The notes under the pieces were generated by a model. It searched no databases. It was given only the letters and a program-made list of their open reading frames with translations, and had not been told where the DNA came from. Below are positions 8,160 through 16,984 of a stretch of 64,000 nucleotides of DNA, one piece after another. The DNA is taken from contig DATNMH010000037.1 of NCBI GenBank assembly GCA_035602395.1, positions 1,378 through 65,377 on the forward strand. Reading direction: 5' to 3'. Origin of the DNA: Candidatus Acidiferrum sp. (GTDB lineage Bacteria > Chloroflexota > Dormibacteria > CF-121). The number at the start of each line of letters is the position of its first letter. Position 1 is the stretch's first letter. The position numbers and the translations under genes were made by a program.

Positions 8160-10547
8160 TTAGTTGACCGTGCCGGGTTGGGTGTCGCCGAGCGGCCGCC
8201 GGAACCCGAGTCCCGGCGTCGATGGCCGGGCCGCCGCCGGCAGCAGGGCTTTCGCCAGCACCTCGTCGACGTGCTTGACCATCACGAGCTCCATCGATTG
8301 CTTGACCTCGTCCGGCACCTCGTGCAGGTCTTTGCGATTTTTCTCCGGCAGGATGAAGACCTTGATGCCGGCACGATGCGCCGCCAGTAGTTTTTCCTTC
8401 AGGCCTCCGATCGGCAGCACTTTGCCGCGCAACGTGATCTCCCCGGTCATCGCCACGTCGCGCCGAACCGGCCGGTCCGTCAGGACCGAGACGACGGCGG
8501 TCGCCATCGTGATCCCTGCCGACGGTCCGTCTTTGGGAATAGCCCCGGCCGGCACATGGATATGGAAGAAATGGTCCTCGAAGAAGCCCGGCTTGAGGCC
8601 CAACTCGAGGGCGTGCGAGCGCGCGTAGCTCACCGCCGCTCGCGCGGACTCTTCCATGACCTTGCCAATCTGCCCGGTCAGGGCGAACTCCCCGCGTCCC
8701 TGCATCAGGATGGCCTCCACCGTCATCACGTCGCCGCCGTATTCGTTGACCGCTACTCCGGTGACCGCGCCCACCTGGTCTTCCAGCTCGGCAACGCCAA
8801 ACTCGAAGCGGGGTGGACCGAGGTAGGCCATCAGGTCGGTCGGTTCCACCGTGACTTTCTCGGTTTGGCCTTCGGCGATGCGGCGGGGAATCTTACGGGC
8901 GATATTCGCGATCTCGCGCTCCAGATTCCGCACCCCGGCTTCATGGGTGTACTCACGAATAAGCATGCGCAAGCTCGGCTCGGGCAACTCCAGGTTCTCG
9001 TCCGTGAGACCGTGTTCGCGCAGCTGCCGCGGCACCAGGAACTGCTTGGCGATATGCATTTTCTCGTCTTCGGTGTAGCCCGGAAGCCGGATGATCTCCA
9101 TCCGGTCGCGCAGCGGCGGAATGATGGTGTCGACGACGTTGGCGGTCGTGATGAACAGAACGTGCGAGAGGTCGTAGGGGACCTCCAGATAATGATCAGA
9201 GAACTCCCGGTTCTGCTCTGGGTCGAGGACTTCGAGCAGGGCCGACGATGGATCGCCGCGCCAGTCGGCGCCCACCTTGTCGATCTCATCGAGCATGAAG
9301 ACCGGGTTGCGCGCGCCCGCCACCTTCATTTGTTGAAGAATCCGTCCCGGCATGGCGCCGATGTAGGTTCGGCGATGACCCCGGATCTCCGCCTCGTCAT
9401 GGATGCCGCCGAGCGACAGCCTGACGAACTTGCGTCCGAGCGCCCGCGCAATCGACTTGCCGAGGCTGGTCTTCCCGACACCCGGCGGGCCCACGAAGCA
9501 CAGGATCGGCGAGCGCAGGCTCTGCGAGCGCTGCCGGACGGCCATGTACTCCAGGATGCGTTCCTTGATTTTCTCGACGCCATAGTGATCTTCGTCGAGC
9601 ACGGTCGCGGCGACCTTGATGTCCCAGCTCTCCTCGGGCGGCGGCCCCCAGGGCAGGGCGATCAGCCAATCGACGTAGGTGCGGATGATGCCGACCTCGG
9701 GCGACGCCGCCGGGATGCTCTGCATCCGGTCGATCTCTTTCAAGGCGCGTTCTTTGACGCTGTCCGGCATGCCGGCGGCCTCGATCTTCTCGCGTAGGCT
9801 GTGCAGCTCGGCGCCTTCCTCGTCTTCGCCGAGCTCTTTGCGGATCGCCTTGAGCTGCTCGCGCAGGATCTGGTCGCGCTGCAGCTTGCCGATCGTGCTC
9901 TGGACCTCGTTCTGGATCTTGGCCTTGAGCTCGAGGATCTCGACCTGCTTGCTCAGGAAAAGCGAGAGCAAGCGGAGGCGTTCGATGACGTTGGGCGTTT
10001 CCAGCATGTGCTGCTTCTGCTCGAGCGTCTGGTCGGGGGCCGCCGAGACCAGGTCGGCGAGGTAGACCGGGTCGTCCGTCTTGGAGACGGTGGCGGCGAT
10101 CTCCGGCGCGACCGCGGCGCCGGACTCGACGTACTTTTCGTAAAGGCTCTTGACCGAGCGCATGTGAGCCTCCATCTCGAGACCCTCCCCCACCTGGTCG
10201 GCGACGATGTCGATCTCGACTTCGATGAAGGGTTGAAACTGGACGAAGCGCACGATTCGCGCCCGCTGTGCGCCGGCGACCAGCATCTGCACGCCCGCCG
10301 GGGTCTGGCGCATGCCGTTGATCTCGGCGATGGTGCCGGTCGCGTACAGGTCTTGCTCGGTGGTGTCGTCGACCTGCGGGTCGCGCTGGGCGACCAGCAG
10401 GACCTGCTTGTCCTTCTCCATCGCCGCGGTGATGGCCGCAATCGACGTGCGTCGTCCGACGGACAGCGGCACGATCAGCTTGGGAAACACGACGTCGTCG
10501 CGCAAGGGCACGAGGGGAATCCGCCGCAACTCGACGGCGTCGGCCAT
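8160..10547 (-). CDS. lon: ATP-dependent Lon protease (LonA), intact copy
   Basis: N-terminal LON domain ([13 protein letters not shown]), ..ALPWG.., Walker [10 protein letters not shown], and a protease domain with PKDGPSAG (Ser) and ..[14 protein letters not shown] (Lys). The ATG at 10547 ([12 protein letters not shown]) avoids overlap with the ftsH stop at 10552. Confidence 0.95.
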   Translation of the reverse strand: MADAVELRRIPLVPLRDDVVFPKLIVPLSVGRRTSIAAITAAMEKDKQVLLVAQRDPQVDDTTEQDLYATGTIAEINGMRQTPAGVQMLVAGAQRARIVRFVQFQPFIEVEIDIVADQVGEGLEMEAHMRSVKSLYEKYVESGAAVAPEIAATVSKTDDPVYLADLVSAAPDQTLEQKQHMLETPNVIERLRLLSLFLSKQVEILELKAKIQNEVQSTIGKLQRDQILREQLKAIRKELGEDEEGAELHSLREKIEAAGMPDSVKERALKEIDRMQSIPAASPEVGIIRTYVDWLIALPWGPPPEESWDIKVAATVLDEDHYGVEKIKERILEYMAVRQRSQSLRSPILCFVGPPGVGKTSLGKSIARALGRKFVRLSLGGIHDEAEIRGHRRTYIGAMPGRILQQMKVAGARNPVFMLDEIDKVGADWRGDPSSALLEVLDPEQNREFSDHYLEVPYDLSHVLFITTANVVDTIIPPLRDRMEIIRLPGYTEDEKMHIAKQFLVPRQLREHGLTDENLELPEPSLRMLIREYTHEAGVRNLEREIANIARKIPRRIAEGQTEKVTVEPTDLMAYLGPPRFEFGVAELEDQVGAVTGVAVNEYGGDVMTVEAILMQGRGEFALTGQIGKVMEESARAAVSYARSHALELGLKPGFFEDHFFHIHVPAGAIPKDGPSAGITMATAVVSVLTDRPVRRDVAMTGEITLRGKVLPIGGLKEKLLAAHRAGIKVFILPEKNRKDLHEVPDEVKQSMELVMVKHVDEVLAKALLPAAARPSTPGLGFRRPLGDTQPGTVN

Positions 10548-10551
10548 CGCG

Positions 10552-12501
10552 CTAGACCTGGGCTCCCGCGTCACTGGTGGCCGCCCGCCAGGCCTTGGGT
10601 GAGGCAATGCCGCCTTCGAGCGCCCGCGGTCCGATCAGCCGCGCGATCTGGTCCTCGTCGAGAACTTCTTCCTGCAGCAGGGCCGCGGCCAGGGTATCGA
10701 GCTTGGCTCGGTTCGCGGTCAGGATGCTCTCCGCCGTCTGGTAACCCTCGGTGAGCATGCGGGTCACTTCCTCGTCGATGATCGCGGCCGTGCGCTGGCT
10801 GATGTGTGGGCTGCCGGCGAGCTCACGACCGAGGAACACGGCCTGCGGCGAGTCGTCGAAGGAGAACAGCCCCATCTTCTGGCTCATGCCCCAGCTCACC
10901 ACCATGTGCCGCGCCAGTTCGGTCGCGGTCTCGAGGTCGTTCTGCGCGCCGGTGGTGATCGAGCCGAGCCCCAGCTGTTCGGCCGCTCGCCCGCCGAGCG
11001 CCATCGCGATCCGCGCCTCGAGATATTCCTGCGAGAGGTTGTGCCGGTCGTCGGTCGGAATCGACTGGGTGACGCCCAGCGCCATGCCGCGCGGCACGAT
11101 CGTGATCTTATGCACCGGATCCGATTGCGGTTGGTACCAGGCGACCAGCGCGTGACCGGACTCGTGGTAGGCGATCACGCGGCGCTCCGCTTCGCTCAGG
11201 TAGATCTTGCGCTCGGAGCCAAGGACCACCCGGTCGAATGACTCCTCGAAATCCTCCATCGCCACCGTCGTCCGGTTGGTGCGCGACGCGTGCAGTGCGG
11301 CTTCGTTGACGAGGTTGGCGAGGTCGGCGCCCACCAGGCCCGGGGTCGAGCGGGCGATGATCTCGAGGTCGACATCGGGATCCAGCGGCACGCTGCGCGT
11401 GTGCACTTTCAAAATCGCGGCGCGGCCGCGGCGGTCGGGCCGGTCGACCACGACGCGCCGGTCGAAGCGGCCGGGACGGAGCAATGCGGGGTCGAGGACA
11501 TCGGCGCGGTTGGACGCGGCAACCACCACCACGGCCTCGCGCTGATCGAAGCCGTCCATCTCGACCAGCAACTGATTCAAGGTCTGCTCGCGCTCGTCGT
11601 TGCCACCACCGAGACCGGCGCCGCGCTGGCGTCCGACGGCATCGAGCTCGTCGACGAAGATCACCGAGGGCGAGTGCTTCTTTGCATCTTCGAAGAGGCT
11701 GCGGACGCGGGAGGCGCCCACGCCGACGAACATCTCGACAAATTCCGACGCCGAAATACTGAAGAAGGGCACGCCGGCCTCACCCGCGATAGCGCGGGCG
11801 AGCAGCGTCTTGCCGGTGCCGGGTGGACCAATCAGTAAGACGCCCTTCGGCATGCGGCCGCCCAGCTTCTGAAACTTCCCGGGATCGCGTAAGAAATCGA
11901 CCATCTCCTGCAGCTCGAACTGGGCCTGCTCTACCCCGGCGACATCGTGAAAGGTCGTCTTCGGGGTGCTCGGGTCCTGGAGGCGGGCGCGGCTGCGGCC
12001 GAAGCTGAAGATGCCCTGCGCCGCCTGGCCCGATCGCCGCACGAACCAGATCCAGATCGCGATGAGGACGAGGAACGGGAGCAGGCCGAACAATAGGGTG
12101 CCGATGCCGCCGGTGTCCGTCTTGACGTAGGTCGTGACATGGTTGGCCGTCAGGGCCGGAAAGAACGTGGGATCGGTCAACCCGACGTTGTCGGGGACGG
12201 TCGCGGTGAACTGGGTGTTGGTGACGCCATTGTTGGCAAACGCGACCTTGAGGTCACCCTGGGCCGACTGGCCCTGGATGGTGATGTCGGCGACATTGCC
12301 CTCCTCGACCTGGGTCTTCAGCTCCGAGTAGCTCAGGTCGACGCGCGCCGGTCCGCCCAATTTGCTGACGAACGGCGCCGTCAGGACCACCAGGTACAGG
12401 CTCAGGCCGGCCAGCAGGGCCAGGCGAAGCCACGACCCGGACTGCCGTGGAGTCTTGGGCGCCTGCGGGGGCGGCTTCTGGTCGGGCCGGAATTGGGCCA
12501 T
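10552..12501 (-). CDS. ftsH: ATP-dependent zinc metalloprotease FtsH
   Basis: Two N-terminal TM segments, AAA+ Walker [12 protein letters not shown], Walker [10 protein letters not shown], an SRH region, and the zinc site [10 protein letters not shown]. Confidence 0.97.
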   Translation of the reverse strand: MAQFRPDQKPPPQAPKTPRQSGSWLRLALLAGLSLYLVVLTAPFVSKLGGPARVDLSYSELKTQVEEGNVADITIQGQSAQGDLKVAFANNGVTNTQFTATVPDNVGLTDPTFFPALTANHVTTYVKTDTGGIGTLLFGLLPFLVLIAIWIWFVRRSGQAAQGIFSFGRSRARLQDPSTPKTTFHDVAGVEQAQFELQEMVDFLRDPGKFQKLGGRMPKGVLLIGPPGTGKTLLARAIAGEAGVPFFSISASEFVEMFVGVGASRVRSLFEDAKKHSPSVIFVDELDAVGRQRGAGLGGGNDEREQTLNQLLVEMDGFDQREAVVVVAASNRADVLDPALLRPGRFDRRVVVDRPDRRGRAAILKVHTRSVPLDPDVDLEIIARSTPGLVGADLANLVNEAALHASRTNRTTVAMEDFEESFDRVVLGSERKIYLSEAERRVIAYHESGHALVAWYQPQSDPVHKITIVPRGMALGVTQSIPTDDRHNLSQEYLEARIAMALGGRAAEQLGLGSITTGAQNDLETATELARHMVVSWGMSQKMGLFSFDDSPQAVFLGRELAGSPHISQRTAAIIDEEVTRMLTEGYQTAESILTANRAKLDTLAAALLQEEVLDEDQIARLIGPRALEGGIASPKAWRAATSDAGAQV

Positions 12502-12507
12502 GTAGCT

Positions 12508-12538
12508 AGTCTAGGCGCGCCTCATGAGAATGAAACAA
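12508..12538 (-). promoter_or_regulatory. Candidate ftsH promoter (-10 TAGACT 6 nt from the ATG, implying a leaderless mRNA)
   Basis: The minus strand reads TTGTTT-19 nt-TAGACT-AGCTAC-ATG. There is no Shine-Dalgarno sequence between the box and the start codon. The 19-nt spacer is long, so the -35 is doubtful. Confidence 0.3.
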
Positions 12539-12590
12539 GCTCGATCGGGCAAAGCCTTCGGTCGCTTGACCTGAACGTATAATCCCGACC

Positions 12591-12666
12591 GGGGCGATAG
12601 CTCAGCTGGCAGAGCGCCGCACTCGCATTGCGGAGGTCGAGAGTTCGAGTCTCTTTCGCTCCACCA
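12591..12666 (+). tRNA. tRNA-Ala (anticodon CGC), CCA encoded
   Basis: GGGGCGA TA GCTC AGCTGGCA GAGC G CCGCA CTCGCAT TGCGG AGGTC GAGAG TTCGAGT CTCTT TCGCTCC A CCA, with a G3:U70 pair. A TATAAT box at 12578-12583 lies 7 nt upstream of the mature 5' end. Confidence 0.92.
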
Positions 12667-12701
12667 AGCCCGTCACGCTGAACCCGGGCGTCGGGCGCCT
12701 G

Positions 12702-12944
12702 TCAGTGACAGTGGTACTTGTGCCCGTGCAGAACGGCCGTGCTGCCATCCGGGCACGTATAGGCAGACGTAGCCCCGGTATCGCCGGGATTGGTCACGGC
12801 TTCCTGGATGTCGGTGAACGTCAGGGACAGCTGGTTGCCGGTCAGCGCGATGGTGACGATCGCCACACACGCGACCAGGACGAGGATGAGCGCAAACTCG
12901 ACCATCCCCTGGCCTCGACGTCCGGTTCGGCTGCGTTTGATCAT
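12702..12944 (-). CDS. Flp/Fap-type pilin-like protein, paralogue of 4787-5062
   Basis: Leader MIKRSRTGRRGQG followed by MVEFALILVLVACVAIVTIAL (G/xxxxEF motif plus a hydrophobic helix). The C-terminus CPDGSTAVLHGHKYHCH aligns with the other copy, with the same C-x14-C spacing. Confidence 0.65.
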   Translation of the reverse strand: MIKRSRTGRRGQGMVEFALILVLVACVAIVTIALTGNQLSLTFTDIQEAVTNPGDTGATSAYTCPDGSTAVLHGHKYHCH

Positions 12945-13061
12945 GGTTCTGGCGGGCCAGAGCACGGCCTGTGCGCCCGCTACATCTATAAACGGATCCA
13001 GGGCTGAAAGGATCCGACCTTACAAATGGCCTAACGATCAGCCTCAGGCCAGGGACCGCCG

Positions 13062-14321
13062 CTAGGCCGCCGCCGGCAGCGCCCGGGTATCGTACGGAAC
13101 CACGGACGCGATCCCCGGGATGCGGGCAAAGGCGGCCCAGATCAGGATGGGGGCGGCGCCCGCCACCACCACGACGATGCGGGCAAGCAGCATCTGGTTC
13201 ATCGGCGCCACGAGCAGCAGGAAGCAGCCGATGCTCAGCACCCGCCCGATTCCCAGGCACAGCTCCTGGTGGACGATGTAGTCGTAACGCATGGTCGCCG
13301 GCGCGGGATCCCGGTCGATGACCTGCAGCGCCACCGGAGCCAGCGCATTCCCGTGGAGGGGGCCACCGATCGCGCGCAGCAAGCCGAAGCCGACGATCGC
13401 CCAGGCCGTCAGGTATAGCGGCAATAAGAAGGTGGAGAGCACCAGCAGCGAGCCCCCAACCAGGGCGCACGCGATCCGGTGCCTCGGTTTCATGAATGCC
13501 GCCAGCCCGAGGCTGATCCCGACCCCCAGCAGACCCATCAAGCCGTTGAAGTTCCCCACCTGCTGCTCGTTCTTGAGCACGAGGAACATCAGAATCGTCA
13601 GCACCAATCCGATCAAGCTCCCGGTGAAGCCATCGGCGAGCCGGGCGCGGGTCACCCAGCGCCAGTCCGGATTTCGTCGCGCCAGCGTGGCCACCCGACG
13701 CAGCGACAGGCGCTGGCGCGCGGATGACGGCAAGCGACCGGCCAGCACCATGGCGGCCATCAGGACCACGGCCGACAGCGCGAAGACCAATTGATAGCCG
13801 CGGTACGTCCCACCCACGCGCGTCCCCGCCACGATGATCGCCCCCGCCGCCGGCGGGAGGGTGGCGGTCAGGAACAAGCTCGCCGTTGCCTGCGCCCCGA
13901 AATACCGGTCGCGGTCTCGGTCCGACGTGGTGTCGTAGGTGACCAGGTGAAAGCCCGACCAGTAGAAGCCTTCCGCGACACCTCGGAGAAGGCCCAGCAG
14001 CACGACCCAGTGGGGGGCGTCCTTCCCCAGCATCAGGATCACGAGGTACGAGCAGCCACAGCCGAAGAGGCCGAGCCGGATCGAGGCGCCGGCGCCGATT
14101 CCCCGCCAGACCAACCCGTTGGCGACGAAGGCGGCGGGAATCATGAGCGCGCACAACCCGCTGTAGAGGGCGATCGGCGCCAGGTCGTGGCTGGCCCGCC
14201 AGAGAAAGATCGACAGGAAGGCGCCGGCCAGCAGGTTGGCCGCCGTGTAGGCGCCGTGAACCAGCACCATGGTGCTGGCGCGCCGGTCCAGCCCGCCCGA
14301 TAACACCCTCGGCCGAAACAC
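13062..14321 (-). CDS. MFS-type transporter (12-TM membrane protein)
   Basis: 419-aa hydrophobic ORF with about 12 helices and short basic loops (e.g. GRLPSSARQRLSLRRV in the central loop). The overlapping 570-aa ORF (12673-14385) is Arg/Pro/Gly-rich and rejected. The start could instead be the ATG at 14270. Confidence 0.65.
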   Translation of the reverse strand: MFRPRVLSGGLDRRASTMVLVHGAYTAANLLAGAFLSIFLWRASHDLAPIALYSGLCALMIPAAFVANGLVWRGIGAGASIRLGLFGCGCSYLVILMLGKDAPHWVVLLGLLRGVAEGFYWSGFHLVTYDTTSDRDRDRYFGAQATASLFLTATLPPAAGAIIVAGTRVGGTYRGYQLVFALSAVVLMAAMVLAGRLPSSARQRLSLRRVATLARRNPDWRWVTRARLADGFTGSLIGLVLTILMFLVLKNEQQVGNFNGLMGLLGVGISLGLAAFMKPRHRIACALVGGSLLVLSTFLLPLYLTAWAIVGFGLLRAIGGPLHGNALAPVALQVIDRDPAPATMRYDYIVHQELCLGIGRVLSIGCFLLLVAPMNQMLLARIVVVVAGAAPILIWAAFARIPGIASVVPYDTRALPAAA

Positions 14322-14595
14322 CCGTCCCTCTCTTTAGGCCCGTCCCGCAAGCCCGTATCCGGACAACGCCTCGAGCCACGACCACTTTCCCGGGTCATCG
14401 GCCTGTGACGAATACAACGGGACCGTCACGCCGGCCGGCCCGAGCGCCATGCCCACGTGCCGCAACGTCTCCCGCAACAGGCCGGCGGTAGCCTCCGCCT
14501 AGACGCTCGACCGAGCGCCATCCAAGGGGGTCGCCACCACGGAAATCAACGACGTCCGCTACACGACCAACGGAGTCCTGCCACGGCCTGCGGCG

Positions 14596-16086
14596 ATGCC
14601 GCTGCCGGCGGCCGCGCGTGAGTTGCTGGCGTCGCTCCAGCAGGGAGCGATCTCGGCGTCCGCCTACGATACCGCCTTCGTCTCCCGCCTGCGCCAGCCG
14701 GACGATCCCAAGGCGATGGCGTACCCGCAAACGCTGGGCTGGATCCTGCGCAGCCAGAACGCCGACGGCAGCTTTGGCACCACGCTCCCGATCCCGAAAG
14801 ACAAGCTAGTCTCGACCCTGAGCGCCCTGGTCGCGCTCGCCGACCTGCCGCAGCACCTCCAGGACGCGGTCGTCCATCGGGCGCGGACGAAGGCGCTGCG
14901 CTTCGTCTACGAGGATACCGGCAATTGGCAGACCGGCCCGGACATGGCGGGATTCGAACTCGTTCTCCCCGCCTTGCTGGACGAGGCCAAGGTCCGCGGA
15001 CTTCCGCTCCCCTACGAGCGCTTCATGGGGATCTCCGCCCAGCGCGACGCCAAGATCGGCCACATCCCGCCGCGACTCATCTACAACGTCAAAACGCCCT
15101 TGCTCCACTCGCTGGAGTACCTGGGCAACCGGCTCGATGTCGAGGCGGCCCGCGCGCAGCTTTCCCCCAATGGCTCCTTTGCCAACTCGCCCTCGGCCAC
15201 GGCGTATTTCCTGCTCAAGACGCGCGACGAACAGGCGAACGAGTATCTCGCCCTGCTGCTGCGCAACCGGGGCGACGGCAGCATTCCGACGGTGGCGCCC
15301 TTCGAAGTCTTCGAGATCGCCTGGGTCCTCTCCAACCTCGCGCGGGCCGACCACCGTCCCGCCGAAGCGTCACCACTGCTGCGCTACCTCGCCCAGTCGC
15401 TCACCGACGACGGGGTCGGCGTTTCACGGGAGGGTCTTCGGGCCGACGCCGACGACACGGCGCTCACCCTCAGCGTCCTGCACCGCTACGGGTACCCGAT
15501 CTCGGCGGGCCCGCTCCGGCCGTTCGAAGGCGTGAACTTTTTCTTCACCTTCCCGCTCGAGCGGGATGCCTCCGTCACCGCCAACGCCCACGTCCTCGAG
15601 GTGCTCCAGGTCGTACCGCCCTTCCCCCGCCAACATGTGATCGCGCAGAAAGTCGTCAAGTACCTGCGTGATGCGCGCGTAGACGGCGACCACTGGGTCG
15701 ACAAGTGGCATGGTTCCCCCTTCTATGCCACCGCCCACGCCGTCTTCGCGCTCACCGCGTCGGCACCCGACGCCTGCGCGAAGGCCTTCACCTGGCTGCG
15801 CGACAGTCAGCGCGAGGACGGCTCGTGGGGCTGGTTCTCGCGCGGGACCCCCGAAGAGACCGCCTATGCGGTCCAGGCCCTGATGCTCGCCCCAGCCGAG
15901 TTCCGGGACGGGTTGAAGCAACCGTTCGAACGGGCGGCGGCCTACCTGAATGAAACCGAGGGAGAGCCCGTCATCCCTATGTGGGTCGGCAAGACGCTCT
16001 ACGGGCCAACCCAGGTCGTCCGGTCGGCGGTCGTGTCCGCGCGAATGATGCTGGGCAGGAGCGAACATGCTAGATCGGCGAATTAA
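14596..16086 (+). CDS. Class II (DxDD) diterpene cyclase, copalyl-diphosphate-synthase-like
   Basis: 496 aa with SAYDTAF near the N-terminus, the QW-like repeats QNADGSFG and QREDGSWGWF, and DADDTA at codons 284-289 (nt 15445-15462). The size fits bacterial CPS-type enzymes rather than squalene-hopene cyclases. Confidence 0.8.
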   Translation: MPLPAAARELLASLQQGAISASAYDTAFVSRLRQPDDPKAMAYPQTLGWILRSQNADGSFGTTLPIPKDKLVSTLSALVALADLPQHLQDAVVHRARTKALRFVYEDTGNWQTGPDMAGFELVLPALLDEAKVRGLPLPYERFMGISAQRDAKIGHIPPRLIYNVKTPLLHSLEYLGNRLDVEAARAQLSPNGSFANSPSATAYFLLKTRDEQANEYLALLLRNRGDGSIPTVAPFEVFEIAWVLSNLARADHRPAEASPLLRYLAQSLTDDGVGVSREGLRADADDTALTLSVLHRYGYPISAGPLRPFEGVNFFFTFPLERDASVTANAHVLEVLQVVPPFPRQHVIAQKVVKYLRDARVDGDHWVDKWHGSPFYATAHAVFALTASAPDACAKAFTWLRDSQREDGSWGWFSRGTPEETAYAVQALMLAPAEFRDGLKQPFERAAAYLNETEGEPVIPMWVGKTLYGPTQVVRSAVVSARMMLGRSEHARSAN

Positions 16087-16975
16087 CAAACTCAAGGAGA
16101 ACCTGCTGGCGCAGGGCGACGAGCGCGCGGTCATCCGCCATCTCGTCGATGCCAACCCGCGCGGCGACGACATGCTGGGTGAGGTTTGCCGCGCCGCCGT
16201 CCTCCTCCACCCCAGCGCCAGCTTCGAGCAGGCGCTGACGCTTGCCCGCACCATGGCCTACATCGTCTACATCGACGACTACCTGGAAGAAGAACATCCC
16301 GAGCTCGACCTCGCCGATTACCGGCGAGTCTGCCAGAACTTCCTGCTCTGGCCCAACCGCGACCTCAGCCAGATGCCCCTGGTCAACGCCACCGTCACGC
16401 GCAAGATCGAGGAGCAGTTCCGCGAGGACGAAGTCCCCGAGGAATGGACGGCGATGCGGCGGTTGGTCTGGGAGAAGTCGATCTGGACCATGCTCCAGGA
16501 GAACCACTGGCTGAAGCACAAGGAGCGCGTCACGCTCGACGCCTACCTGGCCAACGGCATGTATAGCAGTTCCTTCCCCGTCGTCCAGGTCTCGATCCTG
16601 GCCTTTTCCTACCAGGATGTGTCGCAGGAGCTCAAGAACCGGATCTTCGGGCACATCTGCCAGGCGGCGCGCGTAGTGCGGCTGGCCAACGACCTGCGCA
16701 CGCACGAGCGCGAGGCGGCCCAGGGGCGCTTTAACTCCGTCGACCTGATCTTCGGCGCACCGGGCGAGCGCACCCTAGAGAGCGCGCGCGTCGCCGTGCA
16801 CCATCTGATGGAGGAAGAGTTCGAACAGCTCAAGAAAGCGATCGCGCGCGAGCGCCGCACCGGCATCACCCAGCAATTCTTGAGCCACTTGATCGACAGC
16901 ACCCAGGTGCTCCTCGACTTCTACGAAGTCCCGCGCGCCAAGCCTCGCTCGGACCGCCTCTTGAGGGCGGGGTAG
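16067..16975 (+). CDS. Class I terpene (diterpene) synthase
   Basis: 302 aa with IDDYLEE (nt 16274-16288, a DDxxD-type motif ending in Glu) and NDLRTHERE (nt 16688-16714, NSE/DTE triad) about 138 residues later. It overlaps the class II gene by 20 nt. Confidence 0.7.
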   Translation: MLDRRINKLKENLLAQGDERAVIRHLVDANPRGDDMLGEVCRAAVLLHPSASFEQALTLARTMAYIVYIDDYLEEEHPELDLADYRRVCQNFLLWPNRDLSQMPLVNATVTRKIEEQFREDEVPEEWTAMRRLVWEKSIWTMLQENHWLKHKERVTLDAYLANGMYSSSFPVVQVSILAFSYQDVSQELKNRIFGHICQAARVVRLANDLRTHEREAAQGRFNSVDLIFGAPGERTLESARVAVHHLMEEEFEQLKKAIARERRTGITQQFLSHLIDSTQVLLDFYEVPRAKPRSDRLLRAG

Positions 16976-16984
16976 GTCGAAACC

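Noticed and set aside
12566-12583. TTGACC + TATAAT as a complete promoter for tRNA-Ala(CGC)
   Set aside because: The two hexamers are only 6 nt apart (a spacer of 16-18 nt is expected). Only the TATAAT box, 7 nt from the mature 5' end, is plausible, and no acceptable -35 lies at the right distance.
12673-14385. 570-aa minus-strand ORF overlapping the MFS transporter gene
   Set aside because: Its composition is Arg/Pro/Gly-dominated (typical out-of-frame read of GC-rich coding DNA). The 419-aa frame gives a coherent 12-helix membrane protein.
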